Shown in pieces: positions 1 to 11,931 of a stretch of DNA of 64,000 nucleotides (position 1 is the stretch's first letter; each line of letters starts with the position of its first letter). The stretch comes from Octopus sinensis (taxonomy: Eukaryota): contig NC_043004.1 of NCBI RefSeq assembly GCF_006345805.1, positions 106,702,001 to 106,766,000 of the forward strand. Direction: 5' to 3'. Both the position numbers and the translations under genes were made by a program. The notes under the pieces are model-generated. The model was not told the DNA's origin, made no database searches, and saw nothing but the letters and a program-made list of their open reading frames with translations.

Positions 1-848
1 AAGGAAAAAGAAAGAAAGAAAGAAGAAAGGAAGAAAAAGGAGAAAAAGAAAGGAAGAAAGGAAGAAGAAAAAGAAAGGAAGAAAAAAGAAGGAAGAAAGG
101 AAGAAAGGAAGAAAGAAGGAAAAGAAAAGAAAGAAAAGAGAAAAAGAAGAAAGAAGGAAGAAAGAAAGAAGAAAGAAAGAAGAAGGAAGAAAGAAAGGAA
201 GAAAGAAAGAAAGAAAGAAAGAAAGGAAGAAAGGAAGAAAGGAAGAAAGGAAGAAAGAAAGGAAGAAAGAAAGAAAGGAAGAAAGGAAGAAAGAAAGGAA
301 GAAAGAAAGAAAAAAGGTAGAAAGGAAGAAAGAAAGAAAGAAAGAGACAAAGAAAGGAAAAAAGAAAGAAACAAACAAACAAACAAAGAAAGGAAGAAAG
401 GAAGAAAGGAAGAAAGAAAGGAAGAAAGAAAGAAAGAAAGAAAGGAAGAAAGGAAGAAAGAATCAAAGAAACAAAGAAAGAAAGAAAGGAAGAAAGAAAG
501 GAAGAAAGAAGAAAGAAAGGAAGAAAGGAAGAAAGAAGAAAGGAAGAAAGGAAGAAAGAAAAGAAAGAAAGAAAGGAATAAAGGAAGAAAGAAAGAAAGA
601 AAGAAAGAAAGGAAGAAAGAAAGAAAAAAGTAAGAGAAAGAAGGAGAAAGAAAGAAGAAAGGAAAAAAAGGAAGAAAAAGAAAGGAAGAAAGAAATAAGA
701 AAGGAAGAAAGAAAGAAAGGAAGAAAGGAAGAAAGAAGGAAAGAAAGAAAGGAAGAAAGAAAGAAAGGAAGAAAGAAGAAAGAAGAAAGAAAGAAAGGAA
801 GAAAGGAAGAAAGAAAGAAAGATAGAAAGAAAGGAAGAAAGGAAGAAA

Positions 849-880
<32 letters not shown>

Positions 881-1110
881 AAAAGAAAGGAAGAAAGAAA
901 GGAAGAAAGAAAGAAAGGAAGAAAGGAAGAAAGAATCAAAGAAACAAAGAAAGAAGGAGAAGAAAGAAAGGAAGAAAGAAAGAAAGAAAGGAAGAAAGAA
1001 AGAAAGAAAAAGAAAGGAAGAAAGGAAGAAAGAAAGAGAGAAAGAAAGGAATAAAGGAAGAAAGAAAGAAAGAAAGAAGAAAGAAAGGAAGAAAGAAAGA
1101 AAAAAGTAAA

Positions 1111-1143
<33 letters not shown>

Positions 1144-1641
1144 GAAAAAAAGGAAGAAAGAAAGAAAGGAATAAAGAAAGAAAGAAAGGAAGAAAGAAAG
1201 AAAGGAAGAAAGAAGAAGAAAGAAAGAAAGAAGGAAAAAGAAAGAAAGAAAGAAAGAAAGAAAGGAACAAAGAAAGGAAGAAAAGAAGGAAGAAAGAAAG
1301 GAAGAAAGGAAGAAAGGAAGAAAGAAAGAAAGAAAGAAAGAAAGGAAGAAAGGAAGAAAGAAGAAAGAAAGAAAGGAAGAAAGAAAGAAAGAAAGAAAGG
1401 AAGAAAGAAAGAAAGGAAGAAAGGAAGAAAGGAAGAAAGAAAGGAAGAAAGAAAGAAAGGAAGAAAGGAAGAAAGGAAGAAAGAAAGGAAGAAAGGAAGA
1501 AAGAAAGGAAGAAAGAAAGAAAGGAAGAAAGGAAGAAAGAAAGAAAGAAAGAAAAGAAGAAAGGAAGAAAGAAAGGAAGAAAGAAAGAAAGAAAGAAAGG
1601 AACAAAGAAAGAAAGAAAAGAAGAAAGAAAGAAAAAGAAGG

Positions 1642-1679
<38 letters not shown>

Positions 1680-4600
1680 CAAACAAACAAAGAAAGGAGA
1701 AAGGAAGAAAGGAAGAAAGAAAGGAAGAAAAAAGAAAGAAAGAAAGGAAGAAAGGAAGAAAAGAAAGAAAGGAAGGAAGAAAGAAAGAAAGGAAGAAAGA
1801 AAGAAAGGAAGAAAGGAAGAAAGGAAAGAAAGAAAGAAAGGAAGAAAGAAAAAGAAAGAAGAAAGAAAGAAAGGAAGAAAGAAAGGAAGGAAGAAAGGAA
1901 GAAAGAAAGAAGAAGGAAGAAAGGAAGAAAGAAAGGAAAGGAAGAAAGAAAGGAAGAAAGAAAGAAAGGAAGAAAGGAGAAAGAAAGAAGAAAGAAAGAA
2001 GAAAGAAAGAAAGGAAGAAAAGGAGGGAGAAAGGAAGAAAGAAAGAAAGAAAGAAAGAAAGAGGAAGAAAGAAAAGAAAAAGAAGAAGAAAGGAAGAAAG
2101 GAGAAAGAAGAAAAAAAAAGGAAGAAAAGAAAGAAAGAAAAAAAAGAAAGGAAGAAAGAAACAAACAAAAACAAACAAGAAAGGAATAAGAAAGAAACAA
2201 AGAAAAAAACAAAGAAAGGAAGAGGAAGAAAGGAAGAAAGAAAGGAAGAAAGAAAAAATAAAGAAAGGAAGAAAGGAAGAAAGAAAAGAAAGTAAGAAAG
2301 AAAGAAAGAACAAAAGAAAGGAAAAAAGAAGAAAGAAAGAAAGAAAGAAAGGAAGAAAGAAAGAAAGAAAGAAAGAAAGGAAGAAAAAAGAAAGAAAGAA
2401 AGAAAGAAAGGAAGGAAGAAAGAAAGAAAGAAAGAAAGGAAGGAAGAAAGAAAGGAAGGAAGGAAGAAAGGAAGAAAGTAAGAAAGAAAAAAAGAAAGAA
2501 AGAAAGGAGAAAAAAGAAAGGAGAAAGAAAGAAAAGAAGAAAGAAAAGAAAGAAAGAAATAAAAGAGAAGATAAAGAAAGGAAGAAAGAAAGAAAGAAAG
2601 AAAGAAATTAAGTAGGAAAGAAGGAAGAAAGGAAGATAAATAATAAAGACGGGAACGACGGAAGAAAGAAAGAAAGGAAGAAAGAAGAATGGAAGAAAGA
2701 AAGAAAGAAAGGAATAAAAAGAAGGAAACGGAAGAAAGGAAGAGGAAAAAGAAGGGATAAAATAAAGAAAGAAAGAAAGGAAGAAAAAAGTAGAAAGGAA
2801 AAAGGAAGAAAGTAAAAAAGAAAGAAAGGAAGAAAGGAAGAAAGAAACTAAAGAAAGAAAGGAGAAAGAAGAAAGGAAGAAAGAAAATAAAATAAAGAAA
2901 GAAAGAAAGAAAGGAAGAAAGAAAGAAGGAATAAAATAAATGAAGGAAGAAAGAAAGGAATAAAGAAAGAAAGGAAAAAAGAAAGGAAGGAAGAAAGAAA
3001 GGAAGGAAGAAGAAGAAGGAAGAATTAAGAAGAAATAAAGGAAAAAGAATAAAGGAAGTAAAGACAGAAAAATAAAGAATTAAGAAACAACGAAAGAAAG
3101 AAGAAAGAAGAAATAAGAAGAAAGTAAGAAAATAAAAAAGGAAGAAAGGCATAAAGAAGGAAGAAAGAATAAAAAAAGTATAATTGAAGAAAGAAAGAAA
3201 GAATAAAGAAAGGAAGAAAGAAAGAAAGGAAAAAAGGAGGAAGAAGAAATAAAGAAAGAAAGAAAGAAGAAAGAAGGAGAAAGAAAAAGGAAGAAAGAAG
3301 AAAGAAATTAAGAAAGAAAGAAAGAAATGAAGAAAGAAGGAAAAAGGAAGAAAGTAAGAAAGGAAGAAAGGAAGGAATGAAATAAAGAAAAGAAATAAAG
3401 GAAGAAATTAAGAAACAAGGAAAGAAAGAAAGGAAAAAGGAAGAATTAGGAACTACGAGGAAGAAAGAAAGAAAGTATAGAAGAAAGGAAGAAAGAAAGA
3501 AGGAAGAAAGGAAGAAAGAAGGAAGAAAAAAAATGAAAAGAAAGAAAGAAAGAAAGGAAGAAAGAAAGGAAGAAAGGAATAAAGTAATAAAGAAGAAAGG
3601 AAAAAGAAATAAATTAATAAATGAAGAAAGGAAGAAAGAAAGGAATAAAGAAATAAAGAAAGGAAGAAAGAATGAAAAAATAAGGAATACAGAAGAAAGT
3701 AAGAAAGAAAGGAAGAAAGAAAGAAAGAGAAAGAAAGAAGAAAGAAAGAAAGGAAGAAAGGAGGAAAGAAAGAAAGAAAGATTGAAGGAAGAAACAATAA
3801 ATGAAAAGAAGAAGTGAAGACAGAAAGAAATAAAGGACGGAAGAAAGTGAAAAAAGAAAGAAAGAAAGAAAGAAAGAAAGTGAAAAATGAAGAAAGAAAG
3901 AAAGAAAGAAAGGAAGAAGAAAGAAAGGAATAAAGAAAGAAAGGCAGATATAAAGGAAGAAAGAAAGAAAGGAAGAAAGAAAGAAATTGAAGGAAGAAAG
4001 AAAGAAAGAAAGGAAGAAAGAAAGAAGAAAGGAAGAAAGAAAGAAAGTCAAAAGAAAGAAAGGAAGACAGACAGGAGACATAAAAAAGGAAATAGAAAGA
4101 AAGAAAAAAGAAAGGAAGAAGGAAGAAAGAAAGGAAGAAAGAAAGAAAGGAATAAAAGAAGAAAGAAATAGGAAAGAAAGAGAGAAAGAATAAAGGCAGA
4201 ATAAAGAAAGAAAGGAATAAATAAAGAAAAGGAATAAAGGAATTATAAAAAAAAGAAATAAAGAAATGAAGAAAGAAAGGAACAAAAAATGAAAGGAAAA
4301 AAGAAGAAAGAAATAAAGAAGAAATAAAGGAAGAAATAAAGAAATGAAGAAAAAGTAATAAAGAAAGGAAGAAAGTAATAAGAACTAAAGGAATAAAGAA
4401 AGGAATAAGGGAAGAAATACAAAAAAAAACAAACAAAACAAGACAAAGAAAGAAACAAAGAAACAAGAGAGGAAGAAAGAAGAAAGAAAGAAATAAAAAA
4501 GAAGAAGGAAGACGAAAGAAACAATAAATAACAAAGAAACAAAGAAAGAATAACGGAAGAAGAATAAAGAAAGGAATAAAGACAGAAAGTAATAAAGGAA

Positions 4601-7600
4601 AAGAAAGAAAGGAAGAAAGAAAGAAAGAAGAAATAAAGGAAGAAAGAAAGGAAAAGGAGAAAGAAGAAAGAAAGAAAGGAAGAAGGAAAGAAAGGAAGAA
4701 ATGAAGAAAAAAGGAATAAAGAAAGAAAGAAAGAAAGGAGAAATGAATAAAGAAAGAAAGAAAAGAAAGGAAGAAAGAAAGAAAGGAAGAAAGGAATAAA
4801 TAAAAAAAGAAGAAAGAAAGTAATAAGGGAATAAATAAAATAAATAAATAACAAACAAACAAAGAAACAAATAAAGAAACAAATAAACAACATAGAAAGA
4901 AATAGAAAGAAAGAAATAAAAAGAATAAATGAATAACAAACAAAAACAAAGAAATAAACAAATAAACAAAGAAAAGAAGAATGGAATAATGAATAAAAAT
5001 GAAGAAAGACAGAAAGGAAGAATTGAATAAAGAAAGAAAGGAAGAAGAAATAAAGAAAGAAAGAAGAAAGAAATAATAAAGAAATAAAGAAAGAAATATA
5101 TACACAATAAAGAAATGAGAAAGGAATAAATTCATAAAGAAATACATAAATAAATAAAGAAATTATAAATAATAAAAAATAATAAAGAATTAAAGATATA
5201 AAGGAATAAAGGAATAAAGAAATAAATAAATTAATAAATTAAGAAATAAATAAATAAAGAAATGAAGAAACAAAGAAGCAAAGAAACCAATAAAGTAAGA
5301 AAGGAATAAAGAAGAAATAAATGAGGAAAAAATAATAAAGAAATAAATAAAATCATAAAGGAAGAAAGAAAGAAATTAAGATAGAAAGAAAGGAAGAAAG
5401 GAAGAATGAAGAAAGAAAGAAAGAATAAAGAAATAAATTAAGAAAGATAGAAAGTAAAATATAGAAAATGGAAGAAATTAATTAATAAAGGAATAAAGAA
5501 ATAAAGATCTAAAGCAAGAAATTAAAGAAATTAATTAAGAAAAGATAATAAAGAAAGAATTAAGAAAGAATAAATAAAGAATAAAGAAAGAAAGAAATAA
5601 TAAAGGAAGAAATAAATTAAGAAAGAAAGGAATAAATAAAGAAAGAAGTTAAATAAAGAAATAAAGAAAGAAATTATGAAAGAAATTAATAAATGAATAA
5701 TAAAGAATGAAATGAATAAATAAGGAAGAAAAAAAAATTATGAAAGGAAGAAATAAAGGAAGAAATAAAAGAAGAAATAAGAAAAAATAAAGAAAGAAAA
5801 GGTAATAAAGAATAAAGAAAGGAAGAAATTAAGAAAGAAGAAGAATATATAAATTTAGAATAAAGAATAAAGAAAAAAGGAATAAATAACGAAAGTAATA
5901 AATTATAAAGAAATTTAAGAAATGTCCTAAAGAAAGAAGAATAAATAAATATATAAGAAAGACATAAAATAAGAATAAAGAAGAAAGAAATATTATTGAA
6001 TCAATAAATAAACAACAAACACATAAACAACTAACAAAAATAAAGAACAAAGAAACAAATACTCTTAAGATCTAATACGAAAGAAAGAAAAAATAAAGAA
6101 ATTAAGAAAGAACCAAACACATAAAGACCCAATAAACAACTAAACACAAAGACCTTACTAAGAAAATAAATTAATAAAGAAATAAAGTAAGAAAGAAAAA
6201 GGAAAGCAATAAAGAAATAGAAAGAAGAAAGAAAGAATAAAGGAATAAAGAAGCCTAAGAATAATAAAGAAATAAGGAAGGAAGAAAAAGGAATAAGTTA
6301 ATAAATAAATCAAGAAATAAATGAAATAACTCAAGGAAGAAATACATTAAGAATCAAAGAAGGAGATAAGTACTACTGAAAGAAGTAAAGATAGAAGAAA
6401 TAAATAAAGAAATTAAAAAATGAAGAAATAAAGGAATAGAATTCATAAATAACACTAAATCAATTAAAGAAGAACGGTAAGAAAGGAAAAAAATAAATAA
6501 ATAAATTATTAATAACGAAAGGACAAAAATAATAAAGAAGAAAGAATAGTAAGTAAGGAATAAAGACCTTCAATAAAGACTAAATAAAAAATAAACTTAA
6601 TAAATACTAAAGGAATAAAGACAGAATAAATCAGAAGGAAGAAAGAAAGAAGAAAATAAATAAAGAAAGGACAGAATGAAAAATAAGAATAAAGAATAAA
6701 TTAAAAAGGGAAGAAAGAAAGAAGAAGAAAAAAGAAAAAAAGAAAGAAAGAAAGGAAGAATGAAGAGTTCAAAAAAGAATTAATAAAGAATAAAGTAGAA
6801 GAAGACATTAGAAATTAAGAAGAAAGAAGAAAGAAAGAAAGAAAGAAAGGAAAGAAAGGAATAAATAGAAAGAATAAGAGAAAGAAATTAATAAAAAGGA
6901 AGGAAGAAATGAATAAGAAAGAAGAAAGGAGAAATAAGAAAGGAAGAAAGAACGGAAATAATGTAGAACTAAATAAAGAAGTAAAGAAGAATGAAAGAAA
7001 GAAAGGAAGAAAGAAGTAAAGAAAGAAATAAAAAGGAAGAAAGGGAGATAGAAAGAAAGGTAAATGAAGAGTGAATGAGGAAGAAAGGAAGAAAGTAAAA
7101 AATGAGTAATAAATGAAAGGAAGAAATGAGAAATAAATACAAAAAAAAACAGAAGAGAAGAAATAAGAAAATAGAGAAGAGAAAAATAAAGGGAAAAAAA
7201 AGAAAGAAATAATAAAAGAAAAGAAATAAAGAAATAAAGGAATACAATCAAAGGAATAAAGAAGAAAGGCGGAAAAGGGAAGAAAGGAAGAAAGAAAGAG
7301 TACGAAAGAAAGAAAAAAGAAAGGAAACGAAAGGAAAGAACGGAAGAAAGAAAAAGGAACAAGAAAAGAAGGACGGAAAGGAATAATAAAGAAGGAGAAG
7401 AAAGAAAGAAAGAAGAGAAAGGAAGGAAAGAAAGAAAGGGATAAATAAAGGAAAAAGAAAGAAGAAATGGAAAGGAAAAGGAATAAATGAAAGGAAGAAA
7501 GAAAGAAAGAGGAAGAAAGGAAGAAAAGTGAAGAAAAAGAAAGAAAGAAAGGCAGAAAGACAAAAAAGAGGGAAAACAGAGAAAGTAAGGAAGAAAAGAA

Positions 7601-8340
7601 AGACATAAAGAAATGAAAGTAAAGAAAGGAAGAAAGAAAAAGGAAGGAGGAGAAACATCGGAAGTGAAAGAGATAAGATATGAATAAGGGTGACGAAAGA
7701 AAGAAATTTGGTAGAAGAAAGAAAAGGAAGAGAGAAAGGAGAAATAAATGGAAGATAATAAAGATAGAAAGAATAAATAGAGAATGGAAGGAAACGAAAG
7801 AAAGGAATAAAGGAAGAAAGGAAGAAAGAAACGGATAAAGAAATACAATAAGAGTACAGCTAAACAACAGTAAAAACAGTGATAAGGAACGAAAATAATC
7901 AACGATAAGAAATTGAGTAAAGGGTAAGATAAGAAGAAGAAAGTAAAGAGCAGAAGAAGATAGAAATGAAAGAAAGAAAGTAAAGAAATAGAAAGAATAT
8001 GAAAAGAGAAGGATAAGAATCAAGGAAATAATAAAAAACAGACAGAAAGGAATAAAAAGAAAGAAAAAATTAAGAGAACTACGGAAGAAGTTTAATAGTA
8101 AGAACTAGAAAGATAAAGGAAGTATGAAGGAAGTAAAGAAAGGAATATAGAAAGAAAAGAAGGAAGAAAGAAATAAAGAATAAGTAAATGGTAAGAATAA
8201 AGTAAGAAATAGAAGAGTAATGAAGAAAGAAAGAAAGAGAGAACCGACTAAGGTGAAGAGCGTAAAGAAAGAAAGAAGAAAGAACGAGAAAGAAAGAAAT
8301 GAAGAAAGAACAGAAAGAAGAAGAAAGAAAAAGGAGGTGT
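1..8340 (+). repeat. Giant polypurine low-complexity tract (GAAA/GGAA/AGAA units, increasingly interrupted by AATA toward the 3' part)
   Basis: + strand almost entirely A/G over ~8.3 kb; long minus-strand F/L/S ORFs arise only because TTTC-type repeats lack stop codons. Confidence 0.97.
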
Positions 8341-8479
8341 GAGTGAGAGAGAAGGTTACTACCCACCACACAAGTATACAGGTCCGCAGAAATACACGGG
8401 GCCCGCAACTGAACGTGTATTCCGAAAATGCTCGTGCTCGTACGTACTTTCCTTCCTTCTCTCTACTACTCATCACAGC

Positions 8480-8539
8480 ATCTATACTCTCGCTCTCTCT
8501 CTCTCTCCTTCTCTTCCACTACTCTCTCGCTCTCTCTCC

Positions 8540-8576
<37 letters not shown>

Positions 8577-8602
8577 ACACACACACACACACATACACAC
8601 AT
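8480..8602. repeat. (CT)n followed by (CA)n microsatellite
   Basis: Direct reading. Confidence 0.95.
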
Positions 8603-8961
8603 ACTTCGACACACAAGAAACAATTCTTCCGCCCGCCCGCCGGCCACACACCATCAAACAAGCCAATAAGACCCTGTTTACACGAGGTGTGTCCCCTGCT
8701 AACAACACAACGATGGTTGTGGGGGTGTCAATCACAACAAACATTGAGTGTGGATTTTCTAACATTGTTGCGAAAGTGTCACCTGACCAGACGTCCATGT
8801 TGCAACATCCGAAATCTTCTCACACTCATTTTTAACTTGTTTCTCTCTAAATTTGCTTTTCATCAACTTTACTCTGACTTTCTTGATATTTGTTTTCCCT
8901 GTAGTTTCTTACCAATCCCCAAATTAATTTTCATGGTGTGTCAGCGTTTATGCATATGTGC

Positions 8962-9108
8962 GTGTGTATGTATATATGTGAGTATGTGTGTATGTATGTA
9001 TGTATGTATGTATGTATGTATGTATGTATGTATGTATGTATGTATGTGTGTGTGTATGTATGTATGTATGTATGTATGTATGTGTGTGTGTGCATGTATG
9101 TATGTATG
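8962..9108. repeat. (TATG)n microsatellite
   Basis: Direct reading. Confidence 0.95.
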
Positions 9109-9133
9109 AATACAAGAGTTACGGAACGAAGTA

Positions 9134-9336
9134 TTGGATTGGCAACTAAGTTCTCGCCATTTTTTTTTAAATTTAGGAATCTATTTTTTCCGAGAATTCT
9201 ATTTTTGAATCATTTTGGAATCTTTTTTTTTTTTATTAGTTAATTTTTGTTTATTTTCAGATCATTAAAATAGAATGTCCAGTTAAGAAAAACGAGCATT
9301 TTCGACACCTTCTTTTTGCTTTAATCAAGGGTCTAA
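9134..9336 (+). mobile_element. 5' end of a mariner element (same family as 19157-20442), cut by the assembly gap
   Basis: TA + TTGGATTGGCAACTAAGTTCTCGCC terminus; leader and start of transposase (..aaaaacgagcattttcgacacct..) align with 19157-19400. Confidence 0.9.
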
Positions 9337-9436
9337 NNNNNNNNNNNNNNNNNNNNNNNNNNNNNNNNNNNNNNNNNNNNNNNNNNNNNNNNNNNNNNNN
9401 NNNNNNNNNNNNNNNNNNNNNNNNNNNNNNNNNNNN
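9337..9436. other. Assembly gap (100 N)
   Basis: Run of exactly 100 N. Confidence 1.
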
Positions 9437-10862
9437 CTCCTCTTGTTTCAAACAACAGAAATAGTTGCCGTATATCTTCGAAGAAGCTGGAAGGATCTCA
9501 AGCTGGAGGAGTTGAAGAGAGTTCAAGTCGAAGTATGGAAAATACTTATTCCATCGGTAAGGTTTAGGCGTGGAAACGTGTCGTTACTGTCCAGCGGTGA
9601 AAAAGTGAAAAAGTAAGAAATTGGTGGCAGACCACAGCAGGAGTAGCAAAGACAACACGCCAGTTGAGTGAAGACTTTGGGTATCAATACCAGTGTTTCC
9701 AGAGCATTACTGGCAGCAGCTGCGAGGATTTCAAAAATCAGTTTGGCTTCTGTGCTACAAGCACAAAGCCAATATGATAGGGCACCGGAAAACCAATTGG
9801 GTCACTCCATCCTCTTTCAAAGACGGTAAGGTGATTAAACCTTTGAACCCTGACCTCCTGAACCTTATTTTACCATATACCTGGCATTTCACCGGTGCTA
9901 CTGTATAGAGGAAAATAAGCCAGCCATCCGTAAACCGGTGTTACGGGCTCGAAGGGTTAATCATGGAATAAAACGAGAAACTTTCAGTGACAGTGACGAG
10001 GGATAAAGAAAAGGAGTGAACTCACTCAAAAAACAAGAAAGTTACATTAAATCTTCCAAGAAATAGCGCCGGTCTATTTGCAGAGTATATGCGTCCGGCT
10101 GTTCCAACCAGAACAAGAAACTAATGTAACTGTTGAGTAAATCGAAGAGCGAGGGGAATGTTGGACTTATTGAGGAGGTGGGAAGCCATTACATAAAAAA
10201 TCAGAATTAGAAGTTTATCAGTAACTAGAGATAAACTACTCAGCGAATGTGCGGGACTTTAAGAGACTTCGGCCAAAACTAAAAACGCAGGTGATCGAAA
10301 TAAATCAAAGGAGGTGGGAGTCATTGAATACCCAGATTCTTGCTTGGGTGGCGATTTCTGACCTTTGTGTGAGCGGGTACCTCACACCTGTTTTTCTTTA
10401 CCAAATATTTAATCAAAAGTAATATATTATCCCCTTCTTCAATTTATTATTATCATTATTGATATTACTTATTAGACTGGCTCGTGGGGGTGGGATTACT
10501 AAAGTAAGTATTTTTGTAGGATGAGGAGTAAACTGCTGTCGTAAAAAAGGGGAGATTTAGTTTTGTATCTTTTCTTGTTCGAAAGTAAGTACATATTTTA
10601 TCTGTTTAAAAAGTATTTATGGTGAAGTAAATTCTTTGACACTATTTTTTATATGCTCTGAAAGGCATTCAAAAATCAGGAAATGACGCATTAAACTATT
10701 CCTCACCAAGGAGATGAAATAAAGTTAAAACCTCTCTGGAATTGTCAATACAGCTGCTGTAAAGCAGAATGCTACTTAGAATTCCCTCAAAAATAAACGA
10801 TTTATGATGGGAGCACTGCTTAGACCAATGCTGAAAGGAGGGGTTTAGCCATTACCATCCAC

Positions 10863-11005
10863 TCTAGTATTTGGTTGGTACTTTATTTTATCGACCTTGA
10901 GAGTATGAAAATCAATGTTGACTTCGGCGGGCTTTGAATTCAGAACCTGAGAAACCGGAAGAAATACAAGGAACATTTTTTCCGAGGTTCAAATGATGGT
11001 GCCAA
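10863..11005 (-). mobile_element. Degenerate SINE family A fragment
   Basis: Reverse complement of the core gtcgactttgcctttcatcc..gtcgataaa..aagtacca. Confidence 0.7.
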
Positions 11006-11269
11006 TCCAAAGACATTAGCACAAAACTAAAAGAAACACACAACAATGCTAAAATAACACACAGACAACTTATATATGTCAGAAACAAAATAAACATGTG
11101 ACTGTTGACGTATAAGTCTAACGATCGGGTTTCAAATTCCCGCAATGAATTCTTTTCGCTCCCTATAAAAGAGGCAGTTCTACTCACCATCGGCATTTCG
11201 AATCATGAAGATGAAAGAGCGAAAGTCAAGTTTAGAAATTGTAGATTTAGATATTTGATTGTTCTAAAC

Positions 11270-11605
11270 CAGTGGTTCTCAACCTGGATCTATATGGCCC
11301 CCGAGGATCCATATAAGATTTTGTGGGGTCCACGCAACAAAATAGTAAATTGAGAATCTACAATAGTATGTTAAGGGCCTCTGAAAAAATACTGCTTTAG
11401 ATGTATGTATTTAAAAAACATCTAGGTTTCTTTCTCTAACATTTTACATAGTTCAGCCTACACAAGTTAATGTGTGAAAAACAAAATTGGAATTTTGTAA
11501 GAGGTTTCAATAAAACTAGTTTTAAACGTTGACTGGCTATGGGAGTCTACCAAAATAAAATAGTAATCAAAGGGGTCAGAGATAAAAAATGGTTGAGAAG
11601 CCCTG
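11270..11605. mobile_element. Non-autonomous hAT (Charlie-type) MITE, 336 bp
   Basis: TIRs CAGTGGTTCTCAACC / GGTTGAGAAGCCCTG; 8-bp TSD ttctaaac / ttctaaat with central TA. Confidence 0.9.
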
Positions 11606-11759
11606 TTCTAAATAAACAGCAAGAAACCCATAATGCCAAAATATGAAGAAAAAGTGCAATAAAACAATTACGAGAAGGTATTCGTGTTTGTTGACAAAGC
11701 ATATTTATGTATTTTACGTGTATCTATGTTCATATCTGTATGTTGCCTAACTCGATTTC

Positions 11760-11886
11760 CAACTACGGGATTCCAGGTTCAGTCCCACTGCGCAACATCT
11801 TGGCGAGTGTTTTCTACTATAGCAGCCCCGGACTGACTAAGGCTTTGTAAGTAAATCAAGTAGATGGAAACTGTATGAAAGCCAGT

Positions 11887-11900
<14 letters not shown>
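11760..11900 (+). mobile_element. SINE family B, 5' half
   Basis: ggttcagtcccactgcg..gtgttttctactatagc..gtagatggaaactg followed by TA/TG repeat. Confidence 0.8.

Positions 11901-11931
<31 letters not shown>

Noticed and set aside
463-8408. Long F/L/S-rich (minus) and K/E/R-rich (plus) ORFs up to 738 aa
   Set aside because: They are translations of TTTC/GAAA repeats, which lack stop codons; they overlap in all frames and have no domain motifs.
10535-10560. gatgaggagtaaactgc..cgtaaaa as a hammerhead relic
   Set aside because: Lacks both CUG and GAAA; too many changes needed.
11220-11238. 19-bp match (cgaaagtcaagtttagaaa) to the mariner start region at ~19328
   Set aside because: No extension on either side; plausible by chance in AT-rich DNA.
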